NCBI GenBank assembly: GCA_964658305.1
Contig: OZ210884.1
Location: 620,001 to 684,000, forward strand
Source of the DNA: Leptogorgia sarmentosa
Taxonomy: Eukaryota
DNA length: 64,000 nucleotides
Direction of reading: 5' to 3'
Both the position numbers and the translations under genes were made by a program. The notes beneath the pieces are model-generated. The model saw only the letters and a list, made by a program, of their open reading frames with translations, had not been told where the DNA came from and made no database searches. Below, piece by piece: positions 35,901-48,900 of this stretch (its first letter is position 1; each line of letters begins with the position of its first letter).

Positions 35901-38435
35901 GGGGTTTACAGTGATTCTGATATTTCACTTCTGCAACGATCTTAGATATGAATGCTTGTAAAAAGGGCACTCAAGCTCTGTAGCTACGAGGTCGTAGATT
36001 TTCCCTCAAGAAATATTCAAATTTTCTAGAATTTTCCAAATGTGTTTTCGCTTTTCAAGTATTTAACCAAAATTTTGGTCATTAATAAACCTTGTCTGTG
36101 GATAAAAAGGGAATCAGTTGCCCCTGCAGGCCCCTGGCTCTGCCTCCCCTGTGGAATATAACAGCTTATAGTCAACTCGACCCACTAACCAACTCAGCCC
36201 AACTAAAACTCGCTGCACACTTCTCGAGTCAACTCGGCCCAGATACAACATAAATAAATAACAGTATGCATTGTGAAAAGAGTAAACTGTTTAGTTATCA
36301 ACAACCTGAGAATTTAGGCATTTAGCTGTTGACAGATAAAAGTTATTTTCAATAAATACGGGTGCAAATGTACAGTAAACAATGACTAAAAACTCGTAAA
36401 AACTAAAAAAATAAATTTGATGTAGCCGCTGTATACAATACTGTGACCATAAGTATTCTGTCCATATATATATATGTTCACTTATTTTTATAATACAATT
36501 ATTGGGCCGAGTTGGACAGTTGGTTAGTGAGCCGAGTTGAACAGTTTCCGAATATAATATTATAATATTTTGGAATAGTATAAGGAATATTTTAAGCATT
36601 AAGAATTATAGGGCTTTTTGAAGTCATATCCAGTGTGATGACCTCTGTGAAAGACTGCATGAACAGATTATAAGTCATTATGTCCTTACTTGAATATGAG
36701 AAAGCCAGCATCATTACCAACAATAGGCAGCTCAGCTTCAACCACACTGTGTGAAACTGGATCCTCAGCAAAAATCAGAAAGTTGAAGAAAACAATAATA
36801 TATGCAATAAGCACTCGGCAATATGGATGCTGGAAATAATATCTACTATTTTTCTTTTGCACACGATACATTGTCTTCTTACTGCAGTGGGTTTCCTGAA
36901 ATAAAAAATTGGAATGTCCAGCAGGGAATAAAATAGGGATAGAGCAATATCACAAACCAGCAGCAATGCAGCCCACTGTATCACTGTCTTTAGTTTCCTG
37001 TGAGATGCAAAAATTATTTCACTAAGAGTTTTAATTAGTCAAGAACTGTGGAAGTGAATTGTTATACACAACATTATGATGTAATTTGATAATTTATGTT
37101 TTGAAATATTAGAAAACAATCATTGTTAGCCAGGATATATAAATACGGGTGCCCCTCCTGATATTTGATTAGCCATCACCACCACCTTGATGTACCTCAA
37201 ACATGGCTGATGTCTCTTTCTTGACTATTTACAACTATACACAGTGGTGAGAGATCCTTCCTGTGGAGGCTATATATCCTTTCAGGCTTTCAGCACTGAT
37301 GAGAAGGATTTTAAAATCCAATTTTAGTGGAAAATCATTTCAATGCACACTAAATTTTGTCCCTTCATTAAACCTGATGCCTGCCATAGTCAAAGTCAGC
37401 AACATACAGTATGTCTTTCACAACAAAATGGTTGAATTATAACTAAATTTCAATTACACCTGTTAATCCTGGTTATATTGATATTTCATGCATAACTTTG
37501 AATAAGACACTCACAGCCTTAGACAAGATTACTATTACATGGTCCGTACAAAGTAATTGATATTTCTACTGCATATTATGATTACATATATTCATTATTC
37601 AATGAATTTAATAAATGTTTTAATATTTCATGACAATTTTCTAACGTTTTAAAATCACCAGCAAACATTTGTTTTGAAGAATCATAGCAGCACCAGATGC
37701 CCTAATCATCGTACTCTAGCAAAATTTATAAGGACAAGGTGTGGGTGGTGGTGTGAAAATTGAGTCAATGATAAACCGCAGAATCAAACCTAACCAAAAT
37801 CAAATCAAACAAAGCTGCTCATTTGCAATTTCAGGCAAGCGAGTTTTCATGGTGCTGAATTTCACAGGTCATCCGTCATAAACCGTGTGAACCTTCTAAA
37901 CTTAATCGTAACTTTAAAACGTAGCAATTAGACAAGAAAAGTTTCAATTATTTCGAATTGTCAATTGGGTGTGTGTGTCAATCAGGATATGACTATTAAC
38001 TCTCAAATGGTGACATTAAACCCCCTTGCTTCGAAGTAAAATTACTGTAAACAGCATTGTCAACTAACAATCAGGGAAGGTTCAGCATTCATAATAAAAT
38101 CTTTTTATCACGAAATGTACAGAACGTATGTCTTGACAATTAACTCAATATTTTACGTATAATTTAATATAAATTGTGCTAACCTCGCCAAACCTTTGAA
38201 ATCCATCGACAGATTCCTTGTTGTTGTGCTGAACGGGAGATTTTTGCTTCGTAGTGTTCTTCGAAACACGTTCTAGTGTCCCAGAGGGCGAGTCCTCGCT
38301 TATAAGAACGTCTCGACCTTTCACATCGCCGTCCATGCTTGCCAAAATATTCGCTTGAGAGGAAAATTGTTCAGTGTTTACATGCACTTCGGGAAGGGCC
38401 AAAGCTCCGGTGGGGTTAACATTATTCTCCTCCAT
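29905..38435 (-). CDS. TMEM117: Transmembrane protein 117
   Basis: Exons (minus) 38184-38435, 36690-36895, 34758-35115, 33805-34041, 31953-32508, 29905-30056; phase-consistent, 586 aa. Motifs RYYFQHPY, FLIFAEDPVSHS, RMFQEDQGSWMIMF, FMKFAALGTWTGDFVTAWMVTDIMLQ, NELSRAFLAS, QDWDFPHF, GKWFNYGIIFIVMILDLNMWKNQIFY. Confidence 0.93.
30499..31293. mobile_element. Second copy of the 'GGGTTAGG'-motif host repeat, carrying a nested TIR element (boundaries approximate)
   Basis: Homology to 461-540 and 987-1030; imperfect terminal inverted motif ACGCCG.CG...TGTTG / CAACA...CG.CGGCGT. Confidence 0.5.
30808..31236. mobile_element. TIR element containing a tRNA-derived Pol III cassette
   Basis: Inverted arms TTTTTCCGTAGACAGTCGGACACCTCATTGAT / ATCAATGAGGTATCCGACTGTCTACGGAAAAA; possible 3-bp TSD GTC; A-box 30932-30942, B-box 30973-30983. 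Confidence 0.7.
34094..34519. mobile_element. TTAA-flanked non-autonomous element, copy 2, in a TMEM117 intron
   Basis: Colinear homology with 9618-10049; TTAA left, TTAC right. Confidence 0.7.
34541..34625. repeat. Degenerate hexamer microsatellite (GTTATG/GTTATA/GTTACG)
   Basis: Direct inspection. Confidence 0.7.
35141..35333. mobile_element. hAT-type MITE
   Basis: CAGCCCCGGAT / ATCCGGCATTG ends; TSD ATTACCAT / ATTATCAT. Confidence 0.65.
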
Positions 38436-39901
38436 TTCTGAGCGTGTTTAAAACCGATACAAATATAATAGCAACAAACGATAGAGAAATGTTGGGTATG
38501 TCTAAATTGTTCTCAATTAAACTTGGAAACACGTAAAAATGTCTTTGTCAATTGTCATATTTGTATTGCAACGCCATGTTAGGCATGTCATGTGTCGTTG
38601 GCGTCAGGTAAACAATCACATTTGCATTTTCACGAAGTTTCTATAGTGACTCGTTCTTGAGAAATATTCGAAAAACGTTCTGCTCCCAAACTAAACAATA
38701 CAGCGATTCGACGCTTTGAGCGAAGGCCCTTCGTGGGACCTACCGCAACTGTGCGAACGAAACGAAGTCCGTAGCTGGGAAGTCCGAGGCAAACGAAGGG
38801 CCTTCGCTCGTTCAAGACTGTTTGTATCGTTTACTGAGGTAGTGAGAACTTTTGCTACTTGTTGATATTCGAATTCCTAACAGAAATGGTGAAGTGGTCT
38901 GGATATAATATGAATGTTATGAATGATGTTATGACGTACTCGGGTGCAGAATGTTATACAGACGACATTATCTTATTTTCACACCTCTTGTGTTGAAAAT
39001 TCTACATTAGCTATGCTTTTTATAATTTAATTTCCCGCTATATGTATTTAATACCCGCTATGTATTCTGGTAAAATGTACATTCCGCCATCTTTTTTGCT
39101 ATGGTCAATTGTGGTGCTATTATATTGCCAAAACAAAGCTGCAAATTTCACCATATCCAACGAACTCCCGAGCGCGCTGATTTCAAAGTTCGAAAAGGTT
39201 TTACCTTGGAATTAGTGTACTAAAAATATATGAAACTTCGATAGATGGAGGCACGTCAACTAAGTTCGACTACGTTAACCAGCTTTCCCTAAAGCAGTTT
39301 GTACCTACTCACGGACATGAGCGAAAGAGAGAACAGTTTGTATGACACCAACCCCACCTGTGGTACGTCATTATTGTAATAAAGCTCTGGCTATTTTTCT
39401 GTATGCTTTCTAAATTTTTATTTCCTCAAACGCAACTTTGAAGACATAATTTATTCCTAGAATAAATTTGTAAATGAAGGCCATGTCAGAAGCTGCAATT
39501 TCCCTTGCAACTTGCAACGCAGTTGTCCTGTTGAGAGATGTGAACTTGTCAAATACGCGTTTTCATCACATTTGTCCCAGTGTGCGTTTCTCGCTCATCA
39601 AACAGTCTCCAGTGATTACCATCTCTTAAGAGTAGAATTGCATTGCGAGTTACAAGAAAAATTGCACCGTGTATACAGCTACGCCTCCGAACACGCGTTT
39701 AAATTCATCAGAATCATGGCGCGCTTATAACCGCCACAGAAAGAAAACCTTAGTTAATTTTAAAAAAAATATAAACCTTGACAGTAAGTTAAATATAAAC
39801 CTAGATAATTATAAGAACTGTCTAAGTCCAACGACTACATGTTATTGAAGAATAAACATGAAAATAATTCCACCTAAGCCATCGTCTGCAAGCCAAGGTG
39901 A

Positions 39902-42900
39902 TCAGCGGCCTTTATCGTACCCAGGAAAAATATCTTGAAGAGCTTTATACAGTGAATTGTTGATGACAAGTTTAGTTTCCTTACCAAGGTCAAAACGACA
40001 TGTTGGGCAAGTAAAAACACCAGCTTTGAATGAGCGGTTTAGACAAACCTAAACAGACGTAAAATGTAGATGCAATCTCAATTATTATTATTGGATTGTA
40101 ACGATTCCATTCTTGCGTGATAGGCTAACTGAAAAACTGATCATTTTAAAACTGAAAAATGGCGTTGCGTAACCAAATAGCGTCCGATCTGTGTAGACCA
40201 TAAAGGAAGGACCCCACAGAGCGGGAAGCCATGTGAACCTGGTGAGTCAAGATGTTTTGCCGCTATGAAATTTTGGTCGTAAATATGCCTTAAGGTCAAA
40301 CAGACCAGACGCGATTTTTCAAATTGCAGAAGCAAACATAATTGCCCCTGATGCAATATTTTCCAAAATTTCATAGCGGCAAAACATCTTGACTCACCAG
40401 GTTCACATAGCTTCCAAAATTTACTTTCTGGGACACTTTTATGCACTTTCAAAAGCTGGAAAATCGCGTCACGTCACCAAATGGCGTCCGCTCTGTGGTG
40501 GCATTTAGTGCCCGTTCATATGAGCGATTTTCTCCTTTTCATAGATGTGAACGAGTGGAGTAATAGCGAATGTGATGAATCATTGTTAAATAGAAACACG
40601 TGTTTCTATTAACTATGGTTGATTCCATGCTTCCTCACCTGAACATTCGTGACTGAGAAATAGGTTCAAAAGAGGTCGAATTTTAGAACATTAAATCGCG
40701 AGCAGTATAACAGTTCCAGAGACGAGAACTCTGGTGAGAAAGAATGTAAAATACGCACCTTACACGCGTTGTGTTTACATTCAGTCGTAACAGGTTTCGA
40801 AGACAACTCTTGACAACATATACATATGAACGACTCCTCAACTTTCTTGTGAAATTCCTACGGTAAATAGTTAACGTCATGGGCCGGTCGTACTTGTATT
40901 ATGTTTGTTAGGCCTAAAGCCTGGTTTTTATTACTCGGCAACGGTGCAGTTAACGACGGTCGCGGAGCCGCTTACCGACCATTGGTAAACAAATTTTTCG
41001 ATTTGTCACGACCATCGGCGACAGTCGCAGATGAACTGCGGAAAGCGGTTTTCATCCGTCCTACAGCTGTTGCGATACTCGGCGACAGCCGTAATTAAAG
41101 CAAGATAAATTAAGAAATACGTATATTACAATAAAAGTTGTTGTGATAAATATGATCAACAGCAACATGTCTGAATTCAGTAATGTGCATGAAAAGTAGA
41201 AGATTGCGAACTGCTTTAAAGACTAAAGTCATTTTTAAAGTACGGTTTTGATAGTTTGAATTGGCCGCCATCTCAATTGGTTGAAATTTCAGAACATGTG
41301 CACAACAAAACAATGTAAAAAGTGAAGACTACAGTTTTTGGAGATTATGAATTTTGTACACTTTTGCATCACGGACGGAAAAGCGTCACCCTTACCATTC
41401 TTTGCAATACAAAAGTATACAAAATCCCCGCCTCCACAGAGTTTATGGTATTTTGCAACCATGCAAACTTCACAATTTCACGAAATTTAGGATGCTCTTT
41501 CGAGCTGTGATAATGCTTAGCCTTTAATTTTCCTTTTTCAAAATGTTGTTTATTTGGGGAGCGGTGCATTTCTCCAACAAAGAGCATATAGAAAACTCAC
41601 CGTAATTGTTTCATACGAACAAAGGATTTCGTCCCATAATTTTTGGTTCAGCTTGTCTGCTTTAATAAGGTCCAACTTCTCTCTAGCAATCCTATAAACT
41701 TTCTTTTTTGCTGGAGACTCTTTAGGGGAGTCGCAGGTACCTGAATAACAAATCTATATGTGAGTGACAATTCACCTTAAGCGTAATGACGTTTCGTTGC
41801 GCTGAGCGACCACTACTACCAGAATGCTTTGCTAGAATCGTAAAAGGAACGACTACAAATACCCGCAAAGCATACTGGTAGTAGTGGTCACGCATCGCAA
41901 CAAAACGTCATTATTGACAGTTAACGTTCTAAAAAGACGAAACCCGCATAAAAATTATGTATACGCATTAAAAGTAAAGAAATTTAGTGTTTACATAATT
42001 ATGCGGGTTCCGTTTGTTTTGGGCCGCCCTGTTATATTTCTTGAATAAAATATTAGGCTACTAACTTCTCTTGCGCTTCCTTTTTGACGGTGTCGCATCT
42101 TTCTCTTTGACTTTCTTTTCTTTTTCTAAACGTTTCTTCTCCTGCGCCTCCAGATATCCTTCTGGATACTATTAAGGAGAACGTTTATGGTTGGACAACA
42201 ATACAGCGCATAATACAAAACAATACAAAAGTTGCCACAAGGTTATATTACAATATTTCGCAACCAAACTTTACTAAATTTAAGATGCTCTTTTCAAGCT
42301 GTGGCGATGGACTCTCCTTGTTTCTAAGGGCCTGTTTATATATGATCCGTTTTAACCGGGATTCAATGAAGCGTCATATAATCTTGAGGTATTGAAATTA
42401 GTCGTGTTTGTGAAACGAAACAACTAAAGTTAGGACACTTCTAGTACTGATCAACAAAAAAGATATATTTTACAAAAATTGATACCCAAAAACATTTTGT
42501 CTGTTTGATATTTCAGCGGAACAAAATCTTGACCAACCAGCAGTTTAACATTTCTTCAAATCATAAATTATTATTCATTTCAATACCTCAAAATCATTTT
42601 ACGCTTTATCGAATCCCGGGTAAGTGGGATCATATAAACAGGCCCTATAAGTTTATCAAATTTTAATTGTAAGGTTAAAGGCCCATTCCTCGCTGTAGTT
42701 TTTAAGGTTTATCAAGGAGCGAGTTTTGTACAACACATCTCCCATAGCAAAGAACAATAATAAAAAAAAGGTTGGATCATTTAATCATTTGCAGTGGTGA
42801 AATTCATGGTCATAAAAACAACTGAAAATGTCACTCGCCTGCATCGTTAGGCCCAGTTCTGCTATCCTTGCTTGGCCTTCTTTGGTCCAAGGAGCTGGCT

Positions 42901-45900
42901 CCTGTGTAAAAAAAAACACGCATTGCTAAGTAAACACAAAATAACAGTAAACAAATGACCGTTGTCATGCACAGCAACTGTTGGGTATTTGAAGTTAATT
43001 TTTCAATAGACCTTATGCATGATGACGTTTAGTTGTCTTGCGTGACTACAACTACCAGAATGCTTTGCGAATATTTTTAGTCGTTTTGTATTACGATTTT
43101 CGTAGTCACAACGCCTAAGAAAACGTCATTATGCATATGCATTATGCATATTCAGACCCAAAATATAGCGCGGCCAAGAAATAACGTTAAAAACTACGTC
43201 ACCCACGTCCGGTCGGTTAGTTGGGTTAACGAAAATTCCATACGAATTGTTATACACATATTGTCAGTGAATTTAGAAATGTTTGTTCAAAAATCTCGTT
43301 TAGATCCATAAGAGTTTTCTTCTTTGAAGTTTTAATGGAAACAGACGTGCAGAAATACACAAACTAAAACACTGGGTTCAACTTTAACCCAAGGTTAGCA
43401 CTAACTCCGCTTCGAACAACCGACCCCTTGTGATGAAACGCATCTTCGGAAATCTTCGGAAAGTATCAACATACCAACGTACAATGTATGTTGTACAATG
43501 CACCAATACACGCAACATTGATATGAAAAATGTCTTACAATTCATTGGCAGAAACAGAACTTGCAGATAAAAGATTAATTAACTTGGTACTAATTCTACC
43601 TCATCATCACGACGGAGCAAATATCGTCTCACAATGTATCCGGATTGTCCTTTGTCGGGCCAGTATTCCACAATCTGAAAAGACAAAGATGTACGTAATA
43701 GGTTGGTTGCATCATGGTTGGTGCCTACAGTTATTTTTAGAAATCAAAGCTTGTTCAAAGCTTAGAAATCAAAGCATAAGTGCAGTTTATTATATCCACC
43801 TTGTATATTCCATCATATCTGTTACCAGTCTCAGGGGCGTACTTTGAATGTTTCTTGAATTTACTGCTACGGATCTGGAGAAATTTGAAATGAATTCATT
43901 CTTGATGCAAATACAGGCAGAGGTGGAAAGCTTAAGGTGGCTCCGTATGGCTACAGCGTCGTAGCGGACCATTGCATTCAAGAGATTACTGTAGCTTTAT
44001 TTTTCACGACTTTAGGCTTATTTATTAATAATTTTTCTTATTCTTAGAAAATTCTATCAGTACGTTTCTAGGAAAATTCAGAAAATGCCATAAATCATTA
44101 TTAAGAAATCCTCTCTTGGTATAGAATTTCATAAATATTTTACATTATACTTGTTATGTCAACATTAAAGTAAAAAAATTACCGAAGGAAAACCGAGAAA
44201 TTTGGGAAAATAACCCTAGGGAGCCAACCTTACCTCAAGTTCGTTTCATACTTACCACTCTGACAGGTTTTCCGGATTTCCAGTCCTTTGCTTTAACTCT
44301 GCTCTTATCACACAACGGCGCAGCGCAGTTCTTGGCAAGAGCTCTGTTCATTTTTGTCAACGTTTGGTCACATGACTGCTCCGCTGTACGTTTGTTACCG
44401 GATAAATCTCGACCACCACTTCCGGTGTACAAAAATTCATCACCGCGGTCCTTAGTTGAAAAAAATACAACGCATATATAGCACTTGCGCAGTCAATATA
44501 TTTTGTGGTTGAGAATGTCACAAAACACTTTTACTTCGCAGGATTCATGCACTAGCAAAATCAGGAACATGCATATGTATACATCTACAAAAATCATACA
44601 CAATAATAGTCTGCAGACCGGCATTTTTTTGCCTAGCACGTTCTGAAACACAACTGGCGCGCTGTGAAAATCGAGGAGGAAAAACAATTTTGAAAGAAGA
44701 AAATCTGACCAGAAGGTTAGACAAGAATTGTCACAGTACAAAAATGAATAGATCTAGCATGAGTCATAATATGTAGAGTGCACACCAGAATTCATCTCTG
44801 TGTAATGTATTCATTGATAAAGTCAAAGTCGTGGAACATTTACAACAGAATACATTTTTAATCATCTTTTTAGTTCCACAACAGCATTGGATGAATTCAA
44901 ACATATTTTTTATACGTTTTTTGATCACTTAATTTATCAACGCCAAAGATCAACAAATTAAAGCAAAACTTTAGTGCCATATTTTTCAAAAATGCGGTGC
45001 ACGTTTCACTCAACACCATGTCTCTTATAATGTGCATAGCAAATGAGTCATTGGCTGGAATTAATTTATATCCCCGTTGGGAATTATTTCATTACCTTGC
45101 TAAGCATAATATTGCTACGGTAGCGGATAGTGTCATTGGTTTGCCGATAAAGCTCTGTACAAACAAAGGAGAAATTTTTTCCTTCGACAAGTTTGGCCAA
45201 CAAGGTCTGAAATTTGTTTGTGTGTGGGACCCTCGACAAGGGAAACTTTACAAGGAAATTGAGAAGCAAAAATAAAACTAGTCGTCATGTACACGAGCAA
45301 ATGAACACGTCAGGAAACTTATCAAGGAACACTTGTTCGTCTGAACTGACTTGACAGTCGTGTTTAGCATTCGAATTTAACTAATATGGAGAGATGGTTT
45401 TCTTTGATTGAACTCTGTAAACACTTCATCGAAAGACCAAGTTTTCGCCTATTTAGTATTCACTCATAGTTGAACGTTTAATGTTTTGAGTTTGAAAAAA
45501 GGAGAATCTTTTTTGAATTAGTTGTATATGCGAACGGTTCCGTGCTAAGTTGGGTCACTTCCATTTGTTAAGGAAACAATGGTTATCATTTTTACATCGG
45601 GAAAGCTATCTCGCCCTAGTCTCCCACTCTCGTTCGCCTATAAATGAAGGGGGTACAGTAGAAAAAGTCATCTCACCAAATCATCTTCATATCCACCAGC
45701 CAAAACAATCGAGAATGCACCTTCGTTATCACGACCATGGATACCGCTGACATGAGGTCTGTGGACGCCAGCTTCACTTGCCTTTACAAAAGTGAAAAAT
45801 CAAATTACGTTTTAAATATTTCAAAAATTGCCGGCCTGCAGTCAGATTTGAGACACGAGCACGTACAACACAGGCCAGTTTTACATTTCAAACGGATCGT

Positions 45901-48900
45901 ATTCCATGATTTTAGTGTGTCGAAGTCATTAGTCATATATTCCGGATCAGGAAACAAAGCAGTTTTCGCTGTGGGACGCTGGGAAACTGGCTTCAAACAG
46001 TCACCCTTCAGGCTCCAAATGCTGGTTTAAGGGGACGTTAACTTACACAATTACTCACAAAACTTTACTATCATATAACACACTAAATGTTAATAGAGCT
46101 CAGTAATTAGTTCTTTTGAAAGTTTGCATGGTGAAAATATTATTTGTAGTTTGTTATCACGTAATTTTGTTATCGCAAAACTTTCGATCCGTAAGCCCGG
46201 ATATTATTGACACAGGGTAGGGGGGGGGGGGGGAGGGGGCGCCGTTAAGTGAGGGCAAACCAATGTTAACGGTTGAAATGACTGTGTGTTTGAACCATGT
46301 AGTACAATGGTTCAAGTACAACTCGTATAGGGATTCTTGGGGCAGATTTAGTCAGGTTATTTTAGTCAGGTTATTATAGTTAATTAGATTCAATTCAGAT
46401 TTAATTATATCTGAATTAATTTAAGTAATTTACGCAATCTGAATTGGAATTTGAGATGACGGGCAAGTATGACAGGGACAGTTTTGGAGCTAGAGAAGAC
46501 AGTCATTCGATGTGTAGAAGGCAAGGCCGTTTTATTGTAACGTCTAGATCTTTATATAACCATTGTACGTGCATGTTATAACACAGACCACGCATTCCTC
46601 AGTGGAATAAAAGACGAAAGACGAATTCATTTGAAAAAGCTGACAAATCTTCGAGTACAGTACAAAATAAATCGCACAAAATGATAAAAAATTATAAAAC
46701 CTTCAAGCTGATGCACAAAGTTAACCGATACAGATGCAAACTAACCCCAATTCTGTATAACCATGAAGAACCAACTGGTATCCCAGGTATTGGACCAAAA
46801 TGGTTGGACGGCACAACAGTACATATTTTCGTCCTTCCAACACATGCCATTCCCTAGGGATAAGAGGAACACAAGCTGAAGTGGGTGGATTTCATGCTTT
46901 GTACAAAGACGGTGCAGTCAATATCGGCTTCAAACTAGGAAAATAGAAACAACAAGCAAACCCTAACAAAGTAGAATGATGCCATTTTTTGCTAGAAGCA
47001 AAAAAATCACAAAAAATTCTATTTTAAAGATGTCTATCACAATCCAAACATCGAAACAGAACGGATATATACAATGTGTGTTATTGCCTTGGTTGCTATT
47101 GCCATAAATATCTGTAAATTTTAGTGTTTTTTGTTGCCTTGCGCGTTTAGGTAACTTTGCTTGCCTGCTCAGAACATGTCCAGTTTTTATTTAGCGTGCA
47201 GTGGGACAGTAGTTTAGCACATTAATGTATATAATATATAAATGTTGGCGAGAATTCCTATTTGTTGTCTAGGGATGACAGCATTCACAAGAAGCTCTGT
47301 GATTGGCTGCATTGGGAGACTTAGTTTTACTGGCAAATAAAGATAAGATTGTTTTCTTACATGCATGTTTATAATTTGCGCGTGTTGGCAGCGTTACGCT
47401 ATCAGCGTTACACCTTTGTGAATATTTTATAGTTTTTTTCCAAACTTACTCTTCCCCAATCCCGTGAGCTCTGAGAATTTGCTGACGCCATTTTCTGTTT
47501 CTTTTTGTTTGCTCGTAATTTTTCACCAGCTTTGATTACTTCAGAGGCGTCATTTTTACATGACGGACAATACCTTAACAAAAACACAAAAAAGTTTCAC
47601 AATATAATCCCCAATTAATTATCGAATAATGTTGGATTTGTTGTTAAATTCGAATAATCATTTTCAAGACTTGCTGTAAAAAATCCGTAACAAGTTTATG
47701 AGTGATGTTTTTCTCAAAGGATCGAAGGAAGAAATGAACACTTCTCCTATTGTTCTTCAAGAGAATGAAGACTTTGCGCGCGGCAAGCACTTCAACCCGA
47801 CCTTACCATTCATCTTCATCGGGGATTTCTTCAAGTGGAGGATTTAAACAGTAGATATGGTAGGCCATATCACATTCATCACACAGCAGCTGTTTGTTTG
47901 GTTCTTCTTTGCCTCCACACTACCACAAAATGAAAAAAAAGTTACCATCTGCGTCACACTGGGCTATGTAGATAGATAGATAGATTAGATAGATAAAACT
48001 TTATTTAAGTAGGGTAATCCTTTCAGCGCACCAAGGCACTGTTATCAATAAGGAGCCCTACATTTAGTATTATTCTACAGGCAATTGCTACAACATATAT
48101 TAACAAAATATGAATAAAACATATGACAAAATCTAGATCTGGCATGCAGCCGTGCAGAGCTGGATGTCTTATAATAGCGTTAAAATCTATAGAATGGCAA
48201 GGTCATGCACGGAACCCAATGATGACACAATAAACGTTACATATAATTTAAACAACAGCATGCAAGGTTCCCATTAAACAAGTGTTATCGCAAGCATGTC
48301 TGGTCTTTTCACTTTGTCATTCCGCGTTGACTTTATGGGAGGGTGGGTGCTGAAGGGAGGGTGCTGAAGGGTGGGTGCTGAAGGGTGGGCTATTTAGATC
48401 ATTTCAAGATGAAAGTTGTGAATGCATGTCATCCTCTTAAGCCTGCCGTACACGAGAGCTATCTGCTGAGCTGACAGTCACGCGTGCCTATTCGCGTAAG
48501 CAAAATGTTCCCTTGTCCGGCAAAATATTGAAATATTTTTGACACGCGTGACGAACACCTCGCAAAATTTTGTCGCACACGAGAGCATTCTGCTTACACC
48601 AAGTATTGGCACGAGTGACTGTCAGCTCACAAGACAGCTCGTGTGTGCGGTAGGCTTTATTGGCCGGCGTCCGGTCAGCGGCTGATATATTGAAAGAATA
48701 TAAACATAATTTTACATACGAAATTTCAAATTATAATTTTACATACGAAATTTCGTTTTATGTTTGAATAGATCTTATCTTCAATATTGATTAACATGTA
48801 ATCGCATTGGGTCCTAGTATTAATTTCACTTGAGTATTAATTTCATTTGTGTTTTCAAAGTTTCAGAAATTGCACTCATCGCTTCGCGACTCGGGCAATT

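Noticed and set aside
37276..37325. CTGATGA followed by a small hairpin as a second hammerhead
   Set aside because: No GAAA/cleavage triplet after the hairpin.
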